A stretch of DNA of 64,000 nt from Asterias rubens (Eukaryota), in assembly GCF_902459465.1 (NCBI RefSeq), contig NC_047069.1, forward strand, positions 20,770,001-20,834,000. The letters are read 5' to 3'. The notes beneath the pieces are model-generated. The model searched no databases. It had not been told where the DNA came from and saw only the letters and a list, made by a program, of their open reading frames with translations. The first letter of the stretch is position 1. The number at the start of each line of letters is the position of its first letter. The position numbers and the translations under genes are program-made. Positions 1 to 13,154 of this stretch are shown one piece after another.

Positions 1-680
1 ATGACGTCATTGATCTGAAACTTCACACATATGATCGCTGCCTGACAGTTAACGTGTGTGTAAAATTTGAAGTGATTACAAAAAACTTCACCACACACAT
101 CTTCAAAAAGTCCATTTTGACGAGTTTTCAACCTGCCGCTAGAGGGCGCTGTTGCAATTTGTTACGTCATCAATATTTTTTTTGAACTGCCCACCCTTGC
201 TAGACACTTTCGTCCTTGGAAAGCAACTTCATAACTTTTACCACTTTTGAGTTACAGGGCACTTCCGTTTTTGGCCCATTACGACCGGAAGTAGAGGTCA
301 TGTGAGGTCACGCACACAAAATAAAAGAAAGACCTAATTTATCCCTACATAATCCCGCAAACAGGAACTTACGGTCTCTTTTCGCTGATTTGATATAAAT
401 TTTTAAACATTTTACATAAAACACCTTTAAGATGACGTCACGTGACCAGTGCTGACGTCATCATGACATCCTTGCTTTAAGATCATTATTGCACCATAAC
501 CTTCAATCCCTGAAAGTTTTTTGGGAACTATGCAAAAAATTGCGAGTACTGAATCAGGCAAATAAAAAAAACTTTAACAAAAACAAGAGCTGTTTCGCTG
601 CGCTTTGCTACTAAACAGCTAAAAAAAAATTAACAAAAACAAGAGCTGTTTCGCTGCGCTTCGCTACGAAACAGCTAATA
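1..680. repeat. End of a non-coding interspersed repeat, with a 56-bp tandem duplication
   Basis: No ORF. The unit ttaacaaaaacaagagctgtttcgctgcgct...aaacagctaa occurs at ~574 and ~630. The family cannot be assigned and the element probably starts upstream of the window. Confidence 0.4.
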
Positions 681-2104
681 ATGAAAAACAACAACGAAAA
701 ACAAAGACAATTTTGTTTCCAATTTTTAAACATGCCTGAGCATAATTCAAAACAACTTTTTTTCTTTCTTTTTTCTTAATGTTAAATTTGCATTGGGACA
801 AAAAACATTCAATTTGTTTTTCCAATATACACATATGTGTGTTGGTACTGTATCCTCAGTACTGTGCCCAAGTTCTTTGTAAAAAAAACCACAGGTCTTT
901 ACTGGGGTAGGATTCAAACCCAAGACCCATGCAATTCTAGAGCATATCAAGAATATCAATTTTGGTTTACCCACTTAATGTTTTGCTTGAACTTTATTGG
1001 AGTAATAATTTTACAGGTAAATTATATTGTCTACAATGGCCTTTAACAATTTGTCCAACTTTGTTTTGTAAGTTTAACAACACAATAATACCCATCTCTG
1101 AATGGTTGTAGACTTATTATCGGTTGTGACTATTTAAACACCCTTTTTTTTCTAAGAGTGCAAATTTGTTTGTTTTTAATATGTATCTGATTTAAGTTAT
1201 TGTCATTTTAAATTGATTGTTGTATTTACTGTTATTTCAGAGGTCAGAACTGCTCCCAAGTTGGACTGGCTGTAACCAGGTACTGAGTGAAGTCAGTCAC
1301 ACCATCAGCAACATAGGTTATCTACCAGTAATTGATGCCAATTTTTAGTAGGATTTCTATCTCTTATAATCATAAATCAACTAGAGTAGTGGAGACCCAT
1401 CCTTTACTTGGTACATTCTTGAAAGGTAATAGATCATTACCATGATAATTTGTATTTTTATAATCTTTAGGAAAAGGGTGATTTTTAAGTAAGGAAAATC
1501 AAGATAAGTGAAAGTAATTCATGCAATGTATCATAGGCAATGTGTAATGTACACGTGTGTTACTATTACATGTTTATATGGGATATTGTTAGAAATGCAC
1601 ATGAGCCCATTGGGACAATGCATAGTAATTTAGGGAGAAGTTAATCTAGATTTTTATAAATTATGGTGGCTTTGTAATATCTTTAGTTATTACTGGCAAC
1701 ATTTGGTCATTGGGGTATGTGAATAATAGTTTTGTGTGTGTGAGTTTGTTTGTGCACATTCAAACCGGAGACCTATAACAAAAGAGGACAATAGGGTGAA
1801 AGAGGTAATTTGAACAAAGAAGCAGACTACACAGATAAGAACCAAAATTTAACAATTAAATTTGTTTCACACTTTTGAGCGTACACATGTAGACCTAAAA
1901 GTTTAAGCTGTTAACTTGATTATTATTGGCAGTGACTTTAAGTAGACTTGATATATGTGATAGGGCCACGCGCATCTGACTTTAACTGTTTGTTTTTTCT
2001 AGTGGAATTTATGAATTTCCCCAGATCAAGGTAGTTTATTGTTTACTTAATTACTTGCAGACTAAGTACAGCATACAACTATAAGTGCAAGAAGATCATA
2101 CTGA

Positions 2105-5100
2105 ATGATGGAGTGGGATCAAACCCTGTGTCCCATTTGCAAGAAGCCGGCAGTGGGTGAGGAGCGACCACCAGCAACACTTGGTGTAAAGGGTAGCAAC
2201 GCCATCAACAGGGCAAGCGCAGACAGAAAGGATGTGATCCAAACACGTCCTGGCCAACAGGTACATGAGGGCTATCGCAAGAAGTACTGTAATCCCAAGC
2301 AGATCACCAAGGCACTGAGGGAAAAAGAAGAAGGCCCCTCTACCCAATGTATACCTGTACTTCGATCTACGGAGAGAGAATTCAACTATCAGACGGACTG
2401 CCTTTTCTGTGGAAAGGAAGTGAAGCTCGGGGGCAAGAGAAAAAGTACAGATCTACGATCATTCCCAGTGCGGACTGTTGAATTCAAGGACAAAATCTTG
2501 GACTCATGTGACGAAAGGAAGGATGCCTGGGCAGAAACAGTCAAAGCCCGTGTCCTCCATGTGCACGACCTTCATGCTGCAGATGCGATGTATCACCAGG
2601 TCTGCAGTGTTAACTTCCGCACCAGAAAGCAAATACCCACTGTCCATCAGACCGACAAAACAAAGCCAAAAAAAACAAAAACTTGGTCGACCCAAAGATG
2701 AAACACGAGGGGATGCATTTCTCAGAGTTGCCCATTTCCTTGAGGAAAACGATGATGAGCAGATAACAATCAACGACCTAGTTAGCCTGATGAAAGAGCA
2801 TCTCCAAGAATCAGGGCTTCAAGCATATAGCTACAAACACATGAAGATGAAGCTGGATGAACACTTTGGAGACAAAATCTTGCAAACAGAGGTTAATGGA
2901 AAGCCAAACGTGGTAACATTCCGGAGCACAGCGAAGGTGGTTCTCCAAGATTTCTATGGCCAAGCACAGGCCACTGATCCTGAGAAAGAGAAGATGAGAA
3001 TAATCAAAACAGCAGCTAAGCTGATCAGAGATGACATAAAAAGTGTCAAGACATCACATGAGATGTACCGGGACATGCTGTCAAAGGAGGAAAATCTAAA
3101 TTTCCTGCCAGAAAGCCTAAGGCTGCTGCTTGGAGGATTGTTTGTCGGGAAGAATATGTCCATGAAGATGGCCTCAATTGGGCAAGCAGTTATGCAAGCA
3201 GCCCGACCTCAGGTTCTACTGGCTCCATTGCAGATTGGACTGGGGATCCAAATGCACCATCACTTTGCATCACGCTTTTTGATTGATTCCCTGCACAACC
3301 TTGGCTTTATCTGCTCTTATCAGGAAGTTCAAAGATTTGAACGGAATGCTGTGATGTCACATGGAACAGACATACCTGGCTTCAGTTCGGAGTTTGTCCA
3401 GTATGCTGCAGACAATGTAGACCACATCATCCGTACCCTGGATGGTAACAATACCTTCCATGGTATGGGGATGATTGCTGCCATAACCCCAGCCAGCAAG
3501 ACCAGCAGACCTATCCTCAGGGCACAGGTCACCTCCAGTGATATATCTACAGTGGGAAGAATCCCTATCCATTACCACAAAGAAGAAAGCTGTGGTAAGA
3601 CAACACTGACATACCAGAAGCTGGTGAACATAAAGGCAAATGATCCAACAGCAGACCTTGATCTCCTCTGGAAGACATCCATCATGTTCGCCTCATCAAG
3701 ACCGGCATGGTCTGGACTGATGCAGCTATTGCATCATGGTGACCACCCTGGAAAATCATCGGTGATGTTTCTCCCAATGATCGACATGAATCCCAGTGAT
3801 GTCACGTGCATCTACTCTACACTGAAGTTCGTGTGTGAGCATGCTCGTCGCCATGGTGTTACGCCCATCATCACCTTTGACCAACCACTATGGTGGAAAG
3901 CCCTAATGATCATCGAGAGTTAGCCTACAAGAAGTGTCTTGAATGACATAGTCTTGCGCCTGGGGGGCTTTCATACAGAAATGAGTTTCTTGGGAAGCAT
4001 CGGGCACCTCATGGCTGGATCAGGACTGCAGGAAGTCTTAGAGCTAATCTATGCAGACAACGCGGTGGTACACATGATGACAGGCAAGGCTATTGCACGA
4101 GCAGTACGAGGACATCTCCTTATTGATGCAGCACTGAATGCCTTGATTATGTCAGACGTACTTGGTATGCCACTCCCTCAACCATCTGCAGAGCCACATG
4201 AAGTAGAGGAGACCAATGAGGCAACAGTGCCATTAGATGATGAGCCTACGGCAGACGGAACTGGAAACACTGATCTTGATGAACTTGCTGCCCTCTACAA
4301 GAACCTGATGGAAGGTTCCATGTCTGCAGAGGAGTTCTGCCAAGCTGATGTGTTAACCAGGATCAAGGAGCTCCTCGGGGCCAAAACCAAATCCTTGAAG
4401 TCATTTAGGACTGCCACACTCTGGTTACACTACATGGAGATGGTGGATATACTACGGAAGTTTATCAGAGCAGAGCGCATTGGCAACTGGGCGTTGCACA
4501 TTGAAGCTGTGTCAGAAATGTTGCCCTACCTGGCAGCCTCTGGGCACAACCTCTACACCAAATCAGTCCACCTCTATGTGCAGCGGATGACAAAGCTCAG
4601 GGATGAACATCCAGATGTATACCGGCGATTTGAAGAAGGGTTACATGTTGTCCGAAGAAGTAATCGCCTTTGGGCTGGTCTGTCCGTAGATCTCACCATC
4701 GAACAGGTCCTGATGAGGAGTATGAAGACCAGTGGTGGCCTGACGAGAGGGCGAGGCATGACAGAGCAACAACGTCTCATATGGCTGCTCTCCATGCCTG
4801 CGTGTGCTGATGTCAACAATGCTATGCAGCAGCTCACAGGTGTAAACTACAACACTGGTGAACAAAACAAGGACATGACAAATGCTAGACAAGCACGTGA
4901 CATGAAAGACACACATGCAGTTATCAGCTATCTGCAAGAGAGAACACCCTTCAGCTCAGATCTGAGCTTGCGCAGCATCTCGACAGGGGTGCATGCAACC
5001 AGCACAGTCAATGTGGACTCAGCGAAAACTATTGGAACAGCTATCCTGACCAACATGGATGGACAAATTGCTGCTGACTACACATTCAAGAGAAAGGATC

Positions 5101-6542
5101 AGGCCATCACCTTGGCTGTGAAATCGGCAGTAAAGATTGATGGTGAAGCAGTACAGGTGGATCCCCAGCTGCTGTTCCAGCGACTGACAATTGCTGCAAA
5201 AGCTACAGAGGATCTGGAGTCTGTGTTCAAATATGAGCTGTGCAGTTATCCACCAGCTCTGTTTGATTCCACACTGCTGCTCCAACAGCCACAGAAGCCA
5301 GTGCTAGCAGATGCTATCTGGACACTCCTGACACACGATGCACCAGGAATCACAGGCCAAGTCCACTACGTGTTGGATGGTGGGGCTCTAGTCCAGCGCA
5401 TTCCATGGGCACGTGGCACAACATACAAATGTATCTGCACGCAATACACAGAGTATGTCACAAAGAAGTATGGACTTGCAACAGTCATGTTTGATGGCTA
5501 TGATGGTACATCAACAAAGGACACAACACACCAAAGACGTTCGAGAGGGAATGCTGGAGCAACAGTGACGTTTGATGAAGATATGCAGGTCACAATGAAG
5601 AATGAACCATTCCTGGCAAACAAAACCAACAAGCAGCGCTTCATCAACATGCTCAGTACCAAACTACGGGCACAGAACTGCCAGACATATCATGCTGCAG
5701 GTGACGCTGATCTCCTCATAGTGTAGAAGGCAGTGGATTCTGCTGCCACCACTGATACTGTGCTCATCGGAGATGACACAGATCTGCTCATCCTGCTCAT
5801 CTACCACACCAACCTCAAGTCATGTGACCTTTTCTTCAAACCCGAGCCAAAGAAGAATGTGAAGAAACCGCGTGTCTGGAACATGAAGTACGTAAAGCAG
5901 CAGTTAGGCACCGATGTATCACAGCACATCTTCTTCATACATACTCTCCTGGGATGTGATACTACTTCCCGCTTGTATGGCATTGGCAAGGGAGCTTCCC
6001 TCAACAAATTTAAAACCAGTGCACACTTCCGTGAACAAGCCAATGTGTTTGACAGACAGGCAGCGTCCACGGATGATATTGTACAAGCAGGAGAGAAAGC
6101 AATGGTATGCCTGTACAATGGGAAACCTGGAGAGTCACTCAACGTAGTGCGACACAAGCGGTTCTGTCAGAAGGTCGCCTCCAGCACTTCTCATGTGCAA
6201 CCCCAAAGTCTGCCGCCCACATCAGCAGCAGCGAAACACCACAGCCTTCGTGTCTACTACCAGGTCCAACAGTGGAAGGGCATTGCAGCTGATGAGCTCT
6301 GGCCAGACGACTGGAGTTGGCGGGAAAGCAGTGGAGGACTCGTGCCCGTGCAGACGGACTTGCCACCAGCTCCAAAAGAGCTCCTCAAGATGATCCGCTG
6401 CAACTGCCAGACAGACTGCAGCAGTCTAAAGTGCACCTGTAAGAAGCATGAAATAGAGTGCTCGACTGCATGTGGCAACTGTAGAGGATCGGCCTGTACG
6501 AACTCAACCAAAGATGCTTGTGACAGTGATGATGATGACTAG
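2105..6542 (+). pseudogene. Academ-type (AcademX) transposase: DDE core + XPG/FEN1-like nuclease + C-terminal Cys-rich CXC finger, ~1480 codons with three lesions
   Basis: ORFs 2105-2701, 2478-3923, 3939-5726 and 5733-6542 join into one frame after removing one A from the A8 run at 2668-2675 and reading through in-frame TAGs at 3921-3923 and 5724-5726. Motifs: AADNVD, TFDQPLW, LGGFH, LTIEQVLMR (DDE core); GDADLLIV, GDDTDLL, GCDTTS..YGIGK (XPG/H3TH); CNCQTDCSSLKCTCKKHEIECSTACGNCRGSAC (CXC). The architecture and size match the Academ superfamily. Confidence 0.85.
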
Positions 6543-7202
6543 ACTTTTTGAGGAAGATTGATCAATGTTTCTGTTCAAGTATCGAGTATGGTACTCTGAG
6601 GCTAAGGTAACTACATGCAGTACTATAATAATATGACTTGTACGTCGTACACAATGCATATGCAGTTTGTTTTAACAGCAACCCTAATTTAGATAGTTTT
6701 GGTCATTATTTTCAGTGTATTAAAATAGTTGACATATCCTCAGAATAATGCTTTTTGGTCAGGTTTAGCTATTAAAACAGCTATGATTGGATTCCTCGCC
6801 CCAGAAAATGTATGTCTAGCAATTATAATTAAAGCCCTAAGTCGTTTAGAAGCGGAGATAATTGGAAATGTCTGTTTTATGGCGGCCATTTTGGAAAATG
6901 GCTGCCATTTTTCTTTTTTTGGCCAGGTTTAGCGTAACGAAATGCGTTTCACTTGATTCCTTGTCAGTAAAAATGTATGTTTAGCACTTAAAATCAAAGC
7001 CCTAAGTCATTTAGAAGCGGAGATATTGGGAAATATCGGGTTTATGGCGGCCATTTTGAAAAATGGCCGCCATGACACTTTCCACCACCAGGATTGCTTA
7101 AGAGTTTTGATATGTTATAGAGGACATAATTCTGGGTATGAAACAGTTTACAGACTTTCTGTTGCAATTTGTCCGAGGTCATATCAAATAATGCCTGGAC
7201 TA
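6543..7202 (+). mobile_element. 3' subterminal region and probable right end of the Academ element
   Basis: Duplicated block aaagccctaagtc.tttagaagcggagata...atggcggccattttg at ~6830 and ~6995. The candidate end ...aatgcctggacta at 7202 reads TAGTCCAGGCATT on the minus strand. I found no left partner in the window. Confidence 0.5.
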
Positions 7203-7369
7203 AAGGGCGGGGGGACACAGACACTGTAGCCACCATCATGAAGACCTACCTTAACCTGTACATACTATTTTAAAATGCAATTCACAAAATATTTTCCCCC
7301 TCATTATATTGCAGGAAAGTACATTTGTAATGTGATGTTTGACATTTTTTTATTTTTTGGAGGCGTGGC

Positions 7370-9800
7370 TAGCCAGGGCTAAATGGGGGCTCATTATCCC
7401 CACAGTTTCTGGTTGTTCAAAGCATATTAAACCAGTTCATGTATGCCAGTTAGGGAAAACTAACTACTTTATGATTTACTCGACAAAATTTCATCACTGC
7501 ATGCAAAAGCTGTACATGTAATTACTGTATTTAAAGTAAATTGTTCATTTTTGGCTAAAAATGCACTATTTAACTTCAAAATGGCAGCCATTTTGTAAAC
7601 AGGCACTTTCCATGTTCTTGTGAAATCCTTCCAGATGATAATTTTATGCAACAGGTCAACATTTTTGTATAAAGCTGTTCATTTTAAGGCGTTTCTTATA
7701 TGTTTCTACAAACAAATAGCCGCCATCTTGATTTTTGGCCGCCATCTTGGATTTCTCGCTTGCGAACCTACATTTTTGTGAGAACATTGTTTTTTCTTGG
7801 AAAGGACACCATTCCCTACATTTTGATGTATAGATCTCCCCTTCACCCCTGGGGCTGCAGCATTTTCCTATTTCTAGAGGACTTTTTGCCCTTCCGCCCA
7901 TGGCCTAAAAATGCTACAAAAAAAGGAGACATATTGTGAAAATCTATCAAGAGAAGATTAATAGCATAAAAGCGGAGCGAAACCAGGAAGTGGAAGACCG
8001 TAAGAAAGCGCGTGAGGCCAAGGAACGTCAACTCATTAATCAGACTATATCCAATACAATCAATGCTCTGCAAGTCTGTAGATATATTTTTAAATCTTTT
8101 GCCAAGATCTTTGATATATGACACCAATTTTATACATGTCCCATGTATTTGAAAGTTTTGTGTGCTATACCTATTTATAGCTAAGTTAGCCAAGAAGAGG
8201 ACATTGACCACATAGGGGGGGGGTGGTTGAATGCAAAGAAAATTCCATGACAAGTATAATCATTTGAACATGGTATTGATACAACAATCATGCTTTTATT
8301 TGTAAGAACATAATTGTAGATCATTATCATAGCCCTATACAAGGGAATAAAAGGGTAACCGCGATTTTTTAAACTGCCATTTAAAAGGCCTGGGCCAAAG
8401 GCGAGGGCCTTAATCGCTAGGCCATGTGCTTGGGCCAACAGTGGCCAATGGTTGATTAATTGGCAGGTTATTGGTGTAGGCTGGGATACGTTGGCTTAAT
8501 GTTGGCCCAAAAATGAAATGAACGCAAGTTTGAAAAAAATATGGATGACTGCTTCAAAAAAATCAGTCGATGTCCCAATGCAGTCTTCCAACGATGCAGG
8601 CAAAAGTGAGATTCAAGAAGAAAGTCTAGTGGAAAGACATTCTTGTATCAAAGTAGGTTGATACAAAAGTACCCTATATTATAACATATTGTGTCTGTAG
8701 CATCAGAGTAAACAGAGCTATCTTAAAATTTCAGAGCCACTTCTCTGGCAGCTGAAGATTTCCCAGAGATTGCTGATCTTATTCAACGCAGTTCAACTCT
8801 TTTGGACTGAAGAGCAAAAACAACAACTGGAAAGGTTGATCAGAAGCCACAAATCCATCTTCCCTAAGAATGATGAACTAGGCCGAACCCAATATAAGGC
8901 CAGTGCATTCCAAACATCACCATGGGAGGGTTGGAGGCAACCTTGCTTTTCCTTTGCCAGTTTTGCTACTTCCAGGTATGGTTTCCAAATTATTTAGATT
9001 CGTTCTCTTGTGGTTACTTTTTTGAGGCATATTCTATTAGTTTAGGCACGTATAGTGCAGCCACACCCGCCAGCCCCTAGCACCACTCATTATACTTAGT
9101 CTCTATCCCTGCTGATTCATTCAATGTTTAGTTTTCTTAGTTTCACCAGCTCTTTCTGTTTTCCTGTATAGTACGCTACATGTATCTACGTGTATATTAC
9201 TTAGTTTAAACCTTCCGTAGTCAGCGGAGGGCCCTCTGTATATCCTGCTTGTCATGTGTGGTTTACTTTTGTTGCCTTGTGATTTATTTAAGTAAATTTG
9301 GGTTGCTTAACGTGGTAGTTGTTAACACTCATAGCAACCCAACACTCAACCACTTGGTCCATTACAAAATCATCAGAATGATCAGCAAGTTCAACCAGCC
9401 CAAGCCAGAAACAGATCTGTGATCTACTAGATTCCTACACCACTGGAACAAATAACCTAAAGAAGGACTGCAAAAGCACAAAGTACTTCAAAAAGTTACC
9501 TTGCAGTAGTGAGAGCAAAGATGGCAGAGAAGAAAGAACCAGTCATATAAAACACCAACAAGAGGTCATGGATTTTGAAACCCCCCCCCCTCCATTATTT
9601 TGTTTGCCCCCCCCCCCCCACCTCCCCATTTCAACATTGCAGAGGTATGCTGCAACTGGTCACAACCCGAAAGAACTCAAACAAATACATGGTGGACCAG
9701 GACATGGTCACTGAAGCTCTTGTCATATGACAACCTTGATGACTAGCAAAGGCCCCTTCCCACTACAGATACTGTGACCAATATTGAGGTGATTTGTGTC
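7370..9800 (+). mobile_element. Degraded left part of a second, probably Academ-like element
   Basis: Starts TAGCCAGGGC and has gccgccatcttg / aaaatggcagccattttg subterminal motifs (7580-7750) resembling those at 6880-7070. Broken coding-like patches at 7936-8070, 8790-8880 (FWTEEQKQQLERLIRSHKSIF) and 9360-9760. No partner end found. Confidence 0.3.
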
Positions 9801-12800
9801 ATAAGAGATAGCCACAAAAGGTACAGCTGTGCCAGTAAGGACAAAAAAAAACGTGCTGAATGTTTTTGTTTTAACTATTTTGCAAGCGCTACACATGAAA
9901 TCCTTAACTCCATACACGAATAAGCACACAGAGTATGCCTGTTTCTTCATGCAGTCCTCAAAATTACCAAATGAGTCGCTTCCACATCTTAGTTTTTATG
10001 TACAACACACTACTCATAGAAGTTGATCCACAACTATCACTTTTATCAACAATGTACAGGAAACTGCATTATATAAATGTTATCTTTAAAATCATGCACT
10101 GACTTCCAAGTTTTGGTCATGAGACACAGGGCTGCATGTAAGTGTATACAGTTTGTTTTCTATGTGTATTTGACACGCAAGTTCTTAGCTAAGAATAACA
10201 CTTAACCCAGTAACTTTTCTCAAGTTTCGAGTTAACTTGTCATGCGCCTTTGAACAGCGATGTCTGCAACTGGCGCATTATAATTTAAATTATTATTAAT
10301 TACTATTATTATTATTATTATTAAAACTTCAATCCATGCATAGCCAACCATCACCATGCAAGCCATCTTTTTCGGACTTACATTGTAACATTCATATTTG
10401 TTGAGTGTGTGGCAAATCAGTCTTGTTGCAAATGGACCCAAGATCAGCTGGTAAAAGTAATTTCATGACATGGCAGATGATTAGCAAGAACCAGGCAATA
10501 CTAAGGGTTGCTTAACTAAATTGTACCATATCCTAGTAAATGAAGAAGAAGAAGAAAACAATTCTTAAATCCAGCAAAGTTCCTGATATTGTTAGAGAAA
10601 CACTTCATCGCAGGTGCATTAATATCTTAGACTACAGTTTTGTTTTCCAGGTGTATTTTCCAGGTGCAGGTGTATTAATATCTTAGACTACAGTTTTGTT
10701 TTCCAGTGCGTACAGCAAAACACTCTTCTTGACATGGACATGTTCAAACCAAAAATACATTTGTAACATCATTATGACAAGGACAATAATTTGCAAAATC
10801 ATTACAACTCTTCCGGTTAGGCTAACTCAACTTGTCAAATATTCAGTGATACGAATTTGTTAAACAAATTGAAAAATTGTGCATTCAAGTTAATTTTCGA
10901 AATCAAACTTTATTCAATGCGCTTTTTCATACTTCAAGGGACGTTTTATATTACTTTAATTGAACCCCACACAATAAGAGAGTGTCTGAAGAGTCTGAAG
11001 ATCAGACAGTTGGTTCATAATCATAATAGAATGACTGGCCACTTGACTATGGGAACAGTCAGGAGTAAATATTCTACTCGTACTGTGTGACAGTGTCTAT
11101 TAATGTGCGATGAACTCCAATGCAGGAAATTTTAGGCTGCAGTAAAAACACAAATTGGTAAACACAATAAAACAATACTGCACAACGTGATAAATGACAC
11201 AATGAGGAGGATTCATGAGAAAAAGGCAAATAGTAACTCCTGTCAGGTAGGCTATCCCATACCATGCAACCGTTTCAAATTAACTTCCATTCATTTAAAA
11301 ACTCACAATCATAAAAGATACATCAATCATTGTAGGGTTTTATCTCCGTCAATAAGTGTATTTTTTTGTATGGTATTATTCTTAGGTATTTCTAGTATTG
11401 TCCCGCCCGCCTTCCCCTCTATTTATTTTAATCACTGCATTTCAGGTATTTACTTTGTATTACTTTTGAATGTCTAGTATGCCCGGATACCAATGTAGTG
11501 GGCATTGGCTGCTTATTATATATTCTTGCAGCGTACACCTTACGCTCATTTCTGTTCCTGATTCCGTTACGTTCTGTTCGAGTTTATTTTAGTTCCACAC
11601 CTGTATATTTTCCATAGCCATATCCAGAAGTAACCTTATCTTGTTTTCAACTGTGTTATTTTTGTTAAGCATTTACTTCACTTGTGTAAATATTTTTATG
11701 TAAACCTTCGCAGACTAAACTTTCCTTGTGTAAATATATTCGGCAAGATGCCGTTTTCTTATTTTCCTTAATATAATTATTAATCGTTGTTTTGAGCCAA
11801 TTCCAGCACTCGATCCCCTTTTACGGTTCATAGCCTCTAGAGTATATTTCTCGTGTAATTCATTTTCTTGCTATTGTTTCATTCAGTATTTATTGCTTGG
11901 AATTATTTCTTAGTGTATTCATTTAAATCCCCCGTTGTTTCATGTATATTTATTGTTGGTTTATGTAATGTTTATATCGGAATACTTCAGAATGCCCATG
12001 TTGTTTCTTGTATACTTATCGTTGGTTCATGTAATATTTATACCAGAAAACCGCTTTATGTCCCAGAACACTGCTGTATCATTTCCCATGTGCACGGACG
12101 AAGTATTTGTGTTTCTCCCGGCAATGATGTAAGTTTATTATTATATATTAGTTATTTAACTGTTGTATTTAAACGCCGGATTTGTCTTTTTAGTGTCTTA
12201 ATGTTCAAGTTTCACTCCATATCAGTCCTCAGCCATTGCTTGTTATATTGCTGCATTTCGTCTTGCATTTCAAGTTGTTTTCATTAGACTGTTTAGATTC
12301 ACCTTTGTCTCTCTTCTCTTATTGTTTAATATTATGTGCATTTTCGTGTTATTTAATGAGCCATTTATGTATTTGTTATTTATAGTTTCACCTGTGTAAG
12401 TTTGTACACTGACACTGAAGGTCTCCGCCATCTCCTTTGTACCGTGCATGTAACATAGGGAATGTGAGGAGGTCAGTTATAACTAAACACAGATCTAGTG
12501 ATGGTTCACTCATTGACACTGTTTCAGTTCAGACTATAAACCTTACTTCATGGCCATTGACTGCAAAGACAGAGTAGTAGTAGGGTGGTCACAGCCACTG
12601 CTCTATTAGCGAGGTTTCGGTCGCACACGACTAACGGAACGGCGACGTTTAGTTGCTGTGACGTCATCACTTTTTGTGCAGTTATGACGTTTACTCAATC
12701 GGTCATAGTATTAAAAGTTTTGTGAAGACGTATAGCAGCTCCACTACACGTAAGTGAGAACTTATAGTAAAACTCAGTAATTTAGTCACCATTTCAAGAG

Positions 12801-13154
12801 AAAAACATTATTAATAAGTCATAGAAAGTAGTAGATGATCTCGTCATTCATTTCAGGTGGGATGTATGTTGTGTAGTGTGTGTTTTAGTAGTGTATTTTG
12901 TCATCGAATGGAGGGTGATTTGTGTACTGCGTTTAGGCCTTGCATGCCCTTGCTTAATGGTCGAGTTGTCGTTAGTGCACGTGAACAGTGTGCAGTCAGC
13001 GCGCAGCCTACGATATAATGAGACTATTCAACAGATTTGTTTGCAAGTGAAACCCGTTCACGGGCGTTTTGGAAATTTGCGAGAAAAGACGAGAGTTGAG
13101 CGCTACCCCTGAAAAGGGTCACGGGAAACCCCTAAGGTCACTCGCTGAGCCAAG

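Noticed and set aside
8880-12600. LINE 3' end or Penelope-like repeat in the AT-rich stretch
   Set aside because: No RT, endonuclease, tail or terminal structure that I could support; the ORFs there are low-complexity noise.
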